A DNA stretch of 64,000 bases from an uncultured delta proteobacterium (GCA_963828805.1 CAWHGS010000048.1:15152-79151), one strand, 5' to 3'. Positions 1 through 10,788 are shown, counted from the first letter of the stretch. The notes: generated from the sequence alone by a model not told the origin. A program made the numbers and translations.

Positions 1-225
1 ATCGCGGGGACCGTTCTTGCTTTTGCAAGGGCCATGGGCGAATTCGGCGCCACGCTGATGGTCGCAGGAAACATTCCCGGAAAAACGAATACCATGCCTC
101 TTGCCATTTACACCTCAGCGAGCAGCGGGGAATGGGCCAACGCCAACCTTCTGGTCGTCTTCTTTACCCTGATTTCTGGCCTTTTTATCTATATCGCAAA
201 CAAATTCAGCACAAGGGTTATCTGA
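1..225 (+). CDS. modB: Molybdate ABC transporter permease, C-terminal part (starts before window)
   Basis: [31 protein letters not shown] motif; stop overlaps the modC start (TGATG). Confidence 0.92.
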   Translation: MAGTVLAFARAMGEFGATLMVAGNIPGKTNTMPLAIYTSASSGEWANANLLVVFFTLISGLFIYIANKFSTRVI

Positions 226-941
226 TGGGATTATCCGTCAAGATCGTGAAGAAGGTCGAAGGATTCACACTCGATGTGGAATGGCAGATCGGGAATGAGT
301 TGGCTGTCCTTTTTGGATATTCAGGGTCAGGGAAATCGATGACCCTTCAATGCATCGCAGGCCTGATGAAACCCGATGAGGGATGGATTCGAGCCAATGG
401 AGATCTCTTTTTTGATCATACGCTCAAAGTCAACGTGCCTCCGGAGAAACGCTCCTTCGGATATGTTTTTCAGGACCGGGTTCTTTTCCCTCACATGACT
501 GTTCGGGGCAACATCACTTACGGCTGCAAGGGGATTTCGAAATCTGAAATCCGGCAAAAAGTGGACGACATGATCGGGCTTTTTCACCTCCGGGGATTGG
601 AGGACAGGTTTCCTGCGGAGATCTCCGGGGGGCAGAAACAGCGGGTGGCCCTTGCGAGGGCATTGATCGGAAGGCCCGATGCCCTGCTCCTGGACGAGCC
701 TTTTTCCGCCCTCGATCATCCTATTCGTCTCGAAATGATAAGGCTCCTGGAGGAGGTAAGAAACGAATTTAATCTTCCTGTTGTTCTTGTCACGCATGAT
801 GTTCTTGAAGCTTACGCCATGGCCGATAAAATCATTGTTTATTCAGGAGGAAGGATTGTCCGGACCGGTTCCCCCGGTGAAATATTCCACTTTCCTGCCG
901 GGTTGGACGCTGAAGCCCTCTGGAGAGGGTTTTTGCCTTGA
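225..941 (+). CDS. modC: Molybdate ABC transporter ATP-binding protein
   Basis: Walker A GYSGSGKS, ISGGQKQRVALARAL signature, LLLDEPFSALD; follows modB. Confidence 0.9.
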   Translation: MGLSVKIVKKVEGFTLDVEWQIGNELAVLFGYSGSGKSMTLQCIAGLMKPDEGWIRANGDLFFDHTLKVNVPPEKRSFGYVFQDRVLFPHMTVRGNITYGCKGISKSEIRQKVDDMIGLFHLRGLEDRFPAEISGGQKQRVALARALIGRPDALLLDEPFSALDHPIRLEMIRLLEEVRNEFNLPVVLVTHDVLEAYAMADKIIVYSGGRIVRTGSPGEIFHFPAGLDAEALWRGFLP

Positions 942-1155
942 CACATCTATCTGTCCATCCTTATCCCTAGATTCTCGTTTGCATTGTATATTCCTTTGAT
1001 TGAACTCCGGTCCACAAGAGGGCAGACTGATTGTCTTGATGAACGATGTAAAAAAGGTTAAATTTGTTTGGATTAGTAGTGAAAAGTAATAATTTTCATT
1101 AACAATTGATGCTCTCTTTTTTACCATGAAGTGGCCCATGGAAAGGGGGAACGCT

Positions 1156-2073
1156 ATGACCGAAGAGATGATGAGTACAAAACAGGTGGCTGGATACCTG
1201 GGGATTCATGAGAAGCAGGTCTATGCCTTGATCAAATCGAAGAGGATTCCTTCGACTCGCGTCACCGGGAAATGGGTCTTTCCAAGGAAATTGATCGACG
1301 AGTGGATCGAATCGAACGCCCAAAAAGGGATGGAGCAGGCAAAGCAGAAGAGCAAGCGTATCGAAGGGGCCCTCCTGGCATCGGGCAGCAATGACCCCAT
1401 TCTCGACATGCTCCAAACTTACATGAAGAAATCCTATCCTGAATTTTTCATCTTTTCTGCAAACACAGGAAGCACGGAGGGAATGAAAGCCCTGAACAAG
1501 GGATATACCGATATCGCATGGTCGCATCTCTTCGATCCGAAGAGCGGAGAGTACAACGTTCCCTTTCTGCCTACCTATCTCCCGGATGTAAAGGCAGTGG
1601 TGGTCAATTTGTTTTACCGGGACCTGGGGTTTCTCGTTGCTCCCAAGAACCCGTTTCATATCAAGGGATTTGAAGACCTGACGCAAAAAGGAGTCCGATT
1701 CATCAACCGGCAGAAGGGGTCCGGCACGAGAGTTCTCCTTGATCATCATGTTCGGAGATTGAGAATTTCATCCGCTGGGATCGAGGGTTATGACCGCGAG
1801 GTCTATACCCATTTCGAAGTTGGTCTCTCCATTCTTTCGAAGGAGGCCGATGTCGGAATTGCCACCATCGCGGTCTCTAAACTTCTTGGCCTCCCCTTTA
1901 TACCCATCACGCGAGAAAGCTTCGATATGATTCTTGATCAATCGACCTTTTTCCAGAAAGGGGTCCAGGTTCTGATCGAAATTCTGAACTCCAAGACGTT
2001 TCGGGACCGAGTCGAAGGATTGGGGATCTACGATTTTAAGAATTCAGGGAAGATTCTTTATTCAAAAAATTGA
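1156..2073 (+). CDS. Excisionase-type HTH fused to a periplasmic-binding-like (molybdate/tungstate-sensing) domain; probable transcriptional regulator
   Basis: N-terminal MSTKQVAGYLGIHEKQVY...IPSTRVTGKWVF HTH_17-like; C-terminal GSND, FINRQKGSGTR, ADVGIA PBP-like motifs; lies between mod and tup genes. Confidence 0.85.
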   Translation: MTEEMMSTKQVAGYLGIHEKQVYALIKSKRIPSTRVTGKWVFPRKLIDEWIESNAQKGMEQAKQKSKRIEGALLASGSNDPILDMLQTYMKKSYPEFFIFSANTGSTEGMKALNKGYTDIAWSHLFDPKSGEYNVPFLPTYLPDVKAVVVNLFYRDLGFLVAPKNPFHIKGFEDLTQKGVRFINRQKGSGTRVLLDHHVRRLRISSAGIEGYDREVYTHFEVGLSILSKEADVGIATIAVSKLLGLPFIPITRESFDMILDQSTFFQKGVQVLIEILNSKTFRDRVEGLGIYDFKNSGKILYSKN

Positions 2074-2089
2074 TTGAAGGAGGAGGAAC

Positions 2090-2948
2090 ATGAAAAGATG
2101 GTTTTTTCTTGGGTTGATTTGTGTCCTGTCATTCTTCCCGGCGCTGAGCGGGGCACAGGGCAGCAGGTTTATCCTTCTTGCCAGCACCATCGGACCCATC
2201 GATTCAGGCATTATCGATCGGCTGGAAAATGAATTTGAGAAAGAGACGGGGATTCGAGTGCGGCATGTCGGGGCAGGAACAGGAGCTGCTCTGGATATTG
2301 CGCAAGAAGGGAAATGTGGACCTTGTTCTGGTCCATGCCAAATCCCTTGAAGAGAAGTTTGTGCAGGAAGGTTTCGGGACAGAGAGAATTGATTTGATGT
2401 ACAACGATTTCGTCATCGTCGGACCCTCCAGCGATCCTGCCGGCATCAAGGGAATGAAAGTCGCCACAGAGGCTCTCAAGACAATCTCCGGCAAGGGCGC
2501 TCCTTTCGTCAGTCGCGGTGACCGATCAGGCACCCACGTGGCCGAGATGGAATTGTGGGAAAAGGCTGGAATGAAGCCTTCGGGACCCTGGTATGTGATC
2601 TACGAAAAAGGATCGGAAGGGAACGTTCCTACCCTCCGGTATACGGATCAAAAGGGAGCCTATACGGTTATTGACCGGGCCACTTATCTTGCCCTCAAAG
2701 ATCAGATTAAACTTGCTATTTTAGTTGAGGGGGATGAAGCCCTGCTAAACTTCATCAGCCTCATTCCCGTAAATCCCCAAAAATTACCAAAAGCGAATTA
2801 TGAAGATGCGATGGTTTTTGTCAAATGGCTGACTTCTCCGGAGAAGGGACAGAAGATCATCAAGGACTTCGGGAAAGATAAGTATGGGAGTCCTCTCTTC
2901 TTTCCCAATTCAAAGGAATGGAAAGCTTCGCAGGGTCAAAAAAAATAA
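2090..2948 (+). CDS. tupA: Tungstate ABC transporter substrate-binding protein, copy 1 (frameshift near 2305)
   Basis: Signal peptide, LASTIGPIDSG, VGAGTGAAL, MYNDFVIVGP, SRGDRSGTH; split over ORFs 2090-2350 and 2178-2948. Confidence 0.85.
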
Positions 2949-2975
2949 TCTTGACACTCATAAGGAGGAAATATC

Positions 2976-3840
2976 ATGTCCCGTGAAAGTAATGACACTT
3001 ATCCTAGCGTAAGCTTTGGGAATCTTCAGCTCTCTATTTTTTTCCGGTATGACACCTGTTCATGCCCAGCAGAAGACAATCATCCTTGCCACCACCACCA
3101 GCACACAGGATTCCGGTCTTCTCGATGTTCTTCTCCCCATCTTTGAAAAGAAGACAGGCTATTTTGTCAAGACGATCGCGGTTGGATCCGGGCAGGCCAT
3201 GGCCATGGGACAAAAGGGAGAAGCCGATGTGCTCCTGGTCCATTCCCCTTCGGCAGAGAAGAAATTCATGGCCGACGGTTACGGAGTGAACCGAAGGCTC
3301 GTCATGCATAACGATTTTATTGTCGTTGGGCCTGCAGAAGACCCGGCTAAAATCAAGGGATTAAAATCGTCCCAAGAGGCTTTTAAGAAAATCGCTTCAG
3401 CCAAGGCCCTCTTTTTATCAAGAGGGGATAACTCAGGGACGAATTCAAAGGAAAAAGAGATCTGGAAAGCCGCCGGAATCAACCCCGAAGCAGAGAAATG
3501 GTACCAGCAGACAGGCCTTGGAATGGGCCAGACCTTGAATGTGGCTGCTGAAAAGAAGGGCTATACCCTTGCTGACCGGGGGACCTATCTGTCAATGAAG
3601 AAGAACCTGAACCTCGATATCCTGGTCGAGGGAGATGCCATTCTCCTCAATATCTATCATGTGATCGAGGTCAATCCGGCCAAATGGCCCAAGGTGAATA
3701 CGGCAGGAGCAAAGGCTTTTTCCGACTTCATGGTTTCGAGGGAAACTCAGGACATGATCAAGACCTTTGGTGTCGAAAAGTTCGGATCGCCTCTCTTCTT
3801 CCCGGATGCCGGTAAAAAAGAAGAAGAATTAGGAAAATAG
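2976..3840 (+). CDS. tupA: Tungstate ABC transporter substrate-binding protein, copy 2 (start region probably frameshifted)
   Basis: LATTTSTQDSGLLD canonical TupA motif, MHNDFIVVGP, SRGDNSGTN; RBS AAGGAGG before ATG 2976. Confidence 0.9.
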
Positions 3841-3914
3841 AAAAAATCCGAAGCACAAAGCACCGAATTCGAGACAAATCCGAATGTGATGAAATCGTAG
3901 GAATTCCCCCGAAC

Positions 3915-4003
3915 TGTCATTGCGAGGAGTGAAGCGACGAAGCAATCTAATAGAATCAATGGGTTTCAAATGGTGAGATTGCTTCGCTTCGCTCGCAATG
4001 ACA
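3915..4003. repeat. Intergenic palindromic (REP/RPE-like) element
   Basis: TGTCATTGCGAG...GAAGCAATCT paired with AGATTGCTTC...CTCGCAATGACA. Confidence 0.8.
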
Positions 4004-4121
4004 CCTTTTTTAAGATTCAATACGGGGGAAAATGTTTACGTTTTGCAATTAGGATCATTTGGATTTAGGATTATTTGTGATTTCGGATTTCGATATTTGA
4101 ATTTCGAATTTTGGTGTATAG

Positions 4122-4822
4122 ATGGATCTCATTTTTGAAGGAATTAAAAAGGCTTTCTGGCTTCTGGTCACTTTTGATCCGGAGGTCATTGGAATTACCC
4201 TTCTTTCACTTGAGGTTTCCGGAATCAGCCACCCTCATCAGCCTGTTGATCGGGATATCGACTGGAGTCGCGATCGCCCTTTCCAGGTTTCCCGGGAAGA
4301 AGATCGTTGTAAGTCTTATCAATACGGGAATGGGCCTTCCTCCCGTCGTTGTTGGCCTTTTTGTCACGATCTTTCTCTGGCGGAACGGGCCTCTCGGCTT
4401 TCTGGAAATCCTCTACACACCGACAGCCATGATCTTTGCCCAGGCAGTGATTGCCACTCCCATCGTGATGGGCATTACCCTGGCAGCCATCCAGCAGCTT
4501 CCCCCAAAACTCCGCCTTCAGATTCTGGCCCTCGGGGCAACACGGCTCCAGATGGTATGGATCCTGATCAAGGAAGCGAGACTTCCCCTTATTGGCGGCA
4601 GTCATGGCTGGGTTTGGCGGCGTCATCTCAGAGGTCGGCGCCTCCATCATGGTCGGCGGGAATATTAAGGGATATTCACGGGTTTTAACGACAGCGACGG
4701 TCATGGAGACGAGCCGGGGAAACTTCGATATTGCCATTGCCCTTGGAATTATTCTCCTCCTCCTGGCCTACTTGATCAATTTAATCCTCACGCACATCCA
4801 ACAGAGGGAAAGACCCAGATAA
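4122..4822 (+). CDS. tupB: Tungstate ABC transporter permease (two frameshifts)
   Basis: NTGMGLPPVVVGL, ISEVGASIMVGGNIKG-SRVLTTA; pieces in three frames. Confidence 0.87.
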
Positions 4823-4868
4823 TATCGGGCGATGGGCAAGAGGCAATAGGCTCGAACTCAGAGCAAAT

Positions 4869-5971
4869 ATGAGTAAATCTGAGATCCATCGTAGAAGCTA
4901 AAGATATTCGGGTTGTCAGGGGAGGAACCCTATTGCTGGACATTTCTTCTCTTTTGATCCAGGAAGGAGAGGTTCTTTCCCTGATCGGACCCAATGGGGC
5001 TGGAAAGACGACTTTGATGCAGACGCTCTCTTACCTGCTGAAGCCCTTTCAGGGTGAGATTCGATACAGAGGGCAAACAGTCCATTCGAATCATTCGGTC
5101 ATCGGCTACCGGAGAAGGCTTGCCATGGTCTTTCAGGAACCCCTCCTCTTCGATGCCACTGTCTTTGATAATGTTGCTTCAGGGTTAAGAATTAGAAGAA
5201 TGAAAGGGCCAGAGATGCGGACCATTGTGGAAGAGCAGCTGGCGCGTTTTGGAATTGCTCACCTCGGCCATCGTTCTGCCCGAACCCTTTCCGGGGGAGA
5301 GGCGCAGAGGACGAGCCTTGCCCGGGCCTTTGCAATCCAGCCCGAGATTCTTTTTCTTGATGAGCCCTTTGCCTCCCTTGACCCTCCCAGCCGGGAATCT
5401 CTGATCGAGGATTTGGAACTTATCTTGAAGCAGACAGGGACCACGGCGGTCCTTGCCACTCATGACCGGTTGGAGGCCCTGAGACTTTCGGACCGAATCG
5501 CTGTGATGAAAGATGGGAAGATGGTTCAAATGGGTTCTCCGGAAGCGGTGATGAACTACCCCGTGGATGAGTTCGTTGCTTCCTTCGTCGGAGTGGAAAC
5601 GATACTCACAGGAGAGGTGAAGAAACAGAACAGCGCAACTTTTGTGGCTTCGATTTCGGGAAGTGAAATTGAGGCCGTGGGACAGGTTCCCTTAGGGGAG
5701 ATGGTTTTCCTCTGCATCCGGCCGGAAAACGTGACCCTTTCGACGAACGCTTCGAAGGAAACGACAAGCGCCCGAAATGTTTTCCCGGGAAGGATCGAGA
5801 AAGATTACTTCTCTGGGACCTTATCAAAAGGTCCAACTTGATTGTGGTTTTCCTCTTGTGGCCTATGTGACGCATCATTCTTTGGAAAAGTTGTCGTTGA
5901 AGGAAGGAAAAGAAGTGACTGCTTCCTTTAAGGCAACAGCCATTCATGTCATCAGAAAGAAGGAACAATAA
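4869..5971 (+). CDS. tupC: Tungstate ABC transporter ATP-binding protein with C-terminal TOBE domains (frameshifts; start approximate)
   Basis: GPNGAGKT, LSGGEAQRTSLARA, DEPFASLD, TSARNVF and VTASFKATAIH TOBE motifs. Confidence 0.85.
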
Positions 5972-5990
5972 GAAGAAAAAGGGTGAGGAT

Positions 5991-6458
5991 TTAACAGATC
6001 TTCAGGATCGTATATTTCTTGACTCCACCGGGCGTCTGAACCGCCACCTCATCATCCGGTTCTTTTCCAAGCAGGGCCTTGCCGAGAGGAGAGACAATCG
6101 AGATCTTGCCGGAAGGGATGTCGGATTCATCAGGGCCCACGATCTGGTAGGTGACCTCGCCCCCGTTATTGAGATTCTGCAGGGTAACCATGGTGCCGAA
6201 CCCGACTTTATCGGTGGAGAAGTTGCAGGCATCGATGATTTCACAGGTAGCTAGCCGCTGCTCGATCTCGTAAATCTTTTTTTCCGTGAAGGCCTGTTGC
6301 TCCTTGGCAGCAACGTATTCGGCATTCTCGCTCAGGTCTCCGTGGGCGCGCGCCTCCTCGATGGCCTTCACCACCTGAGGCCGAACGACTTTCTTCAGGT
6401 TATCCAAATCCTTTTGAAGTTGGTTGTACCCGTCCCGGGTAATGGGCGCTCGTGCCAT
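5991..6458 (-). CDS. greA: Transcription elongation factor GreA
   Basis: AIEEARAHGDLSENAEY and YQIVGPDE...ISIVSPLGKALLGK. Confidence 0.96.
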   Translation of the reverse strand: MARAPITRDGYNQLQKDLDNLKKVVRPQVVKAIEEARAHGDLSENAEYVAAKEQQAFTEKKIYEIEQRLATCEIIDACNFSTDKVGFGTMVTLQNLNNGGEVTYQIVGPDESDIPSGKISIVSPLGKALLGKEPDDEVAVQTPGGVKKYTILKIC

Positions 6459-6533
6459 GATCGCTCCTTATAGACAAAAAATATAACCGACCGAAAGGGT
6501 TCCGTCAAATAGAGTCCTCCTGTCTCTGGAAAA

Positions 6534-6562
6534 TTAAAAGGCCCGACACGCGGGCCTTTTAA
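6534..6562 (-). terminator. Intrinsic terminator downstream of gcdA
   Basis: TTAAAAGGCCCG-acacg-CGGGCCTTTTAA hairpin with T-tracts on both sides. Confidence 0.7.
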
Positions 6563-6591
6563 TCACCTATGGATCGACCGGAGATTTCTCG

Positions 6592-8326
6592 TTATCCCTT
6601 GATCAGTCTCGGAAGCAACATGTGGTGGTGCGGGCAGATCGATCTTGGATTCTGATAGGCCGAATCCGCGAAGGCTACCATATATTTTCTCATATCTGCA
6701 AAGGAGACGATTTCATCGATCAAACCCTTCTTGGCGCAGTAAACGGGCCTCGACTTTTCGTAGTATTCTCGGGCCAGGGCATTCATCTTGTCAATGGTCG
6801 GCTTGAGCGGGCGATTCGAATCCTTTTCCTTCACCAATCGTCTTGCAAAAGAAGCGACCGACGCGGTTTCCCCGTGCATGACGTAGATCTCTGTCGTAGG
6901 GGTTCCGAGCGTGAAGGCATTGTTGTTGTTCGCCTGGGGTCCTCCCATGATGTAGTGGGCTGCCGCAGTTCCCTTTCTCAGGATGATGCACATCATCGGC
7001 AACTCGGTCTGTTCAATCGAGTAAATCAGGGATTGGCCCAATCCAAGGAGCTCGGCCTTTTCCGCGATGTCTCCGACGTCGATGCCGGTCGTATCTTGAA
7101 ACCAGACAATGGGGACTCGATCTCTTCCGCACTGGGTCACGAATTCGTTCATCTTGATGAGCCCCTGCCGATAGAGCTTCCCGCCGACGCCCGGATAAGG
7201 AGCGTACTCAGGATATCCCTTGGGCAGGAACCCCTGGCGATTGCCAATGATACCGATGACGAAACCGTCGATCTTCGCCAGGCCCGTATAGACCTCCGGC
7301 CCGTAGCCCGGCCTGAACTCCATGTGCTCACTATTATCCGTGAGCCGCGCCAGGATTTCATCGAAATTGTAGGCCAGCTTCTGATTGAAAGCGACCAGGC
7401 GGTTAATCTCCTCCTGTGGAGAACTTTGGATCCTTGGGCTCTGCGACCCTGAAGAATTTCGGATCATAGGCAGGGATATACTTCATGTATTCTTTCAGGG
7501 CATCCAGGACCCCCTCTTCCTTCTCGAAGACAGCCTTGAAGAAACCGGTAGAGTCATAATGAATCTCCACCCGCCCCGGAGGAACGGCCTTGAACTTTCT
7601 TGTGGCCTCAATGACCAGTTCCGCCCCTTCCTCGTCAAAGAGACCCTTGGGGCTCATGCCGCTGACAATACCGCCTCCGCCGACGGCAATGTTGCAGTTC
7701 TTGTGGGCCAGAAGGATGGTGGGGCTGACTCCCTGATACCCGCCACCCGCAGGGTTTGTCCCATAAATTCCCGCCAGGACGGGAATGCCAAGCTTCTCCA
7801 ATTCGGCGTGCCTGAAAAACGTTGTTCCGCTTCCTCTTCGGTTGGCATAGACCTTCTCCTGCTCGGTAAGCTTCACGCCGCTGCAGTTAACCAGCCAGAC
7901 AAGGGGGATATGGAGGCGTTTTGCAATGTCCGTGACTCTTAAGATATTTTCTGACTGACCCGCGATCCAGGCTCCGGCCATCACCTTGTTGTCAAAACCG
8001 ATGATCACGGCCCATTTCCCGCTGATCTTGCCAAGGCCATCGACCACGCCGGTTGTCCCTGATTCTTCATCCATAGGGTCGAAAATCGTGTGGAGCGGAC
8101 ACCAGGAACCCGGGTCCAGGAGGTATTCAAGCCGCTGGTATACGGTCATCTCTCCTCTCTTATTTATTTCCTCCGGGGAGAGTCCGGCCTTTTTAACTTT
8201 TTCGACAGCCTCGGAAATCTGTTTTTCGACTTCCTTGATCTGTTTTACATTCTCTTCTGACTTCTTGATCTGTCCATCGGTTAAAGGTTTTCCAAAATCA
8301 GTCATCTTTTCAAAATAGGGCCTCAT
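6592..8326 (-). CDS. gcdA: Glutaconyl-CoA decarboxylase alpha (carboxyltransferase) subunit; one frameshift near 7420-7440
   Basis: NCSGVK, GIYGTNPAGGGY, GGKLYRQGLIKMNEFVT, QDTTGIDVG, AYQNPRSICPHH closely match GcdA as I recall it. Confidence 0.88.
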
Positions 8327-8534
8327 AGACTATTCCTCCTCTTATTGGATTAATGAATTTTTTCACAATATACATAAATAAACCTTTTATAGCAAGTTTT
8401 TTTTTGTTTTTATATTTAAAAAAATTCCGCATAAACATTAACCCATTAAAATTACAACAAAAATCCAATCAACCCTCCCTACATAAAAATAATCGCTACC
8501 CATCACAAGGACCCGAGAATCATTCAGTACCGTT

Positions 8535-8705
8535 TTATTCATCTTCACCATTATCGTCAGAATCTCTACCCCCTCTTTTTTTCCTCAGTCCTTTTCTAAA
8601 CCCTGAAATCAGAAGCCATATGACCATGAGGACAATGCCGATGGCCAGGAAATTGACCGCCCCTACTTTTCGCAAGAACTCTGAAAAATATTCGATTGTT
8701 TCCAT
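8535..8705 (-). CDS. 56-aa single-pass membrane protein (not in ORF track)
   Basis: Hand translation METIEYFSEFLRKVGAVNFLAIGIVLMVIWLLISGFRKGLRKKRGGRDSDDNGEDE; purine-rich RBS GAAGGGGAAG. Confidence 0.65.
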   Translation of the reverse strand: METIEYFSEFLRKVGAVNFLAIGIVLMVIWLLISGFRKGLRKKRGGRDSDDNGEDE

Positions 8706-9244
8706 CTTCCCCTTCTCTCAATACCATTTCCATGAGCAGGATGTCAAATCAAACCTCCTTCAAAAATGACACCACAAGTTGTGCCTATGAAATGGACTGA
8801 TACTACATCTTGTTGTCTTGAGGGTTCAACAAAATTATTTTTGTAATCTCAACAACTTAAATCATTTACTCACAATTTTTGTGAAAATAATGTTGATAAA
8901 CTGTGCGAAGGGCTTTCCGCGATAGCCAATGTACATCATTCACAGCAAAATGCCTAATTTTTAGGCACAACAATTTCAATAATATTAATGATTTATTACG
9001 ATGTTTTGTTTTTTGACCTACAATTTCTTCTATCTCACTGCCGGAAATTGAAGATCCCGGCAATCTTCATGGCCATGATGAGCTTCGGGACAATGAGCCA
9101 GAAGGAATGGAGTCTCATGGGCCCACATTCCTTCTGGAGGTCTGAGTTAAACCGTCAGACTCTAATGTGTAAGTATCCAATGCTCGAAAATCCAATTGAC
9201 TGACCAAAAGATTTGGAGTAAAAAAGAGATAGGGAGGGGTCAAT

Positions 9245-9796
9245 GTGAAATCTATTCTAAAGTGCTCTTCGTCCCTGATGCTTCTGGTTCTCTTGATCTC
9301 CCCGAATGTCGTTTCAGGAGGTGGCACCATGGAGATTTCATCGGCGGCATTTAAAGACGGAGAAAAGATTCCTATTCAGTACGTCATGCCGGGAGCGGGT
9401 GGAAAAAATATCTCCATTCCGTTGGCATGGAAGAACGTCCCTTCCGGGACAAAGTCATTTGCCTTGTCGATCGTTGACCCCCATCCCGTCGCCCAGAATT
9501 GGGTCCACTGGCTCGTCATCGATCTTCCAGCAAATGCGTCGTCAATTGATGAAGGAGTCTCTCGAAAGAAAATGCCGTCAGGCTCCGTGGAGTTGAAGAA
9601 CTCTTTTGGAGACATCGGTTACGGAGGGCCCCAGCCCCCCAAAGGAACCGGTGATCATCCTTACGTTGTGACGGTCTATGCGCTGAATGTGGATAAACTT
9701 GGTTTGGGCGCCAGTACATCACTCTCTGCCTTCAAGAAAGCGATCGAAGGAAAGGTGGTCGGCACAGCCTCGATTACCGGAAAATACGGCCGGTAA
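9245..9796 (+). CDS. YbhB/YbcL (PEBP/Raf-kinase-inhibitor-like) family protein
   Basis: NISIPLAW, SFALSIVDP, WVHW, GYGGPQPPKGTGDHPY. Confidence 0.92.
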   Translation: MKSILKCSSSLMLLVLLISPNVVSGGGTMEISSAAFKDGEKIPIQYVMPGAGGKNISIPLAWKNVPSGTKSFALSIVDPHPVAQNWVHWLVIDLPANASSIDEGVSRKKMPSGSVELKNSFGDIGYGGPQPPKGTGDHPYVVTVYALNVDKLGLGASTSLSAFKKAIEGKVVGTASITGKYGR

Positions 9797-9798
9797 TA

Positions 9799-9827
9799 GA
9801 TGACCCCGCCCTGCGGGCGGGGTCATC
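9799..9827. terminator. Hairpin between ybhB-family gene and convergent VOC remnant
   Basis: GATGACCCCGCCC-tgc-GGGCGGGGTCATC perfect stem. Confidence 0.6.
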
Positions 9828-9948
9828 ACTTTGCATTCTTGTTTTCCTCCCAGATGCCGAAAGCGTTATTCTCCGTATCCAGGCAAATGGAAAAGTATCC
9901 CATATCAGACACAGCGGTTTTGGGTAGAATGACCTTACCACCGATTTG
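9826..9948 (-). pseudogene. C-terminal remnant of a VOC/glyoxalase family protein
   Basis: Hand translation QIGGKVILPKTAVSDMGYFSICLDTENNAFGIWEENKNAK*; no N-terminal half seen. Confidence 0.7.
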
Positions 9949-10143
9949 GATGGAGGTGTGTCATTTGTGGAGAAATTATTGACCAGGTGATCTTAAAGAA
10001 TCGATATGGGAAAAAATAGAATAAGATGGCTTGAAGCGGGATGATTGCGGGAACGAGTGTCATAAGAAACGAATGAAGGAGTGCGGGCATTGGAAGGTCT
10101 CAGAAGCGGAATAAATTAGGTCTTTTATTCGTTGACCCAGGTA

Positions 10144-10220
10144 TTGCTAATAAAGGGATATTGTGTTATACAAAAAAAGGAAGCCCGCAGAGAGTTTCCC
10201 TCTTGAGCGGGTTTTTTTTT
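10144..10220 (+). promoter_or_regulatory. Putative sigma70 promoter and terminator-like leader hairpin upstream of csp
   Basis: TTGCTA-17bp-TATACA, then CCCGC...GCGGG stem followed by nine T. Confidence 0.55.
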
Positions 10221-10249
10221 CAAACCTAAATTCACAGTTGGAGGTCAAG

Positions 10250-10453
10250 ATGACAAGAGGACGAGTAAAGTGGTTTAATGATCAGAAGGGTTTTGGATTT
10301 ATCGAGGTTGAAGGTGAAAAGGATGTTTTTGTCCATCACTCTGCGATCACAGGGGAGGGGTTCAAGTCTCTGAGAGAGGGCGAGGAAGTTGAATTCGAAA
10401 TCGCGAAGGGTCCGAAAGGCCCTAATGCCACTAACGTGAAGGTCGTTGGTTAA
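10250..10453 (+). CDS. csp: Cold-shock protein
   Basis: [15 protein letters not shown] and DVFVHHSAI (RNP1/RNP2); RBS GGAGG. Confidence 0.96.
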   Translation: MTRGRVKWFNDQKGFGFIEVEGEKDVFVHHSAITGEGFKSLREGEEVEFEIAKGPKGPNATNVKVVG

Positions 10454-10495
10454 GCAGAACGAAATCTTAAAAAATTGAGTTTTGAAACCTGCCTG

Positions 10496-10526
10496 AAGAA
10501 GCCAGTCTTATGACTGGCTTTTTTTT
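10496..10526 (+). terminator. Intrinsic terminator of csp
   Basis: AAGCCAGTC-ttat-GACTGGCTT followed by T-tract. Confidence 0.8.
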
Positions 10527-10788
10527 CCTTCCGCTTGCAAGAACGGACATGGATCAATCCAGCCCTTGGTCGGGACTTCACCATGACCGATTCGTTCCGT
10601 TTTCTGCACTATCTGAATTGCTTGACATCACTGGAGCAAAATGTTACGGCATCTTTGAGAAATATTGGTCTTTTTGGGAAATCAGTCTTCCAACAAAACG
10701 ATTCGAAAAATCTTCGACCTGTGTGCATAGGATTAGGCGTTTCACCATCTCATTTATAGCACTATTGAGACCTGAAGGGAGGTAACAT

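Noticed and set aside
3747-4020. Short minus-strand ORFs (LLRRFTPRND, VIASEAKQS)
   Set aside because: Translations of the palindromic repeat at 3915-4003.
8353-8769. 138-aa plus-strand ORF
   Set aside because: Low-complexity translation of an AT-rich promoter region, overlapping a better-supported minus-strand small gene.
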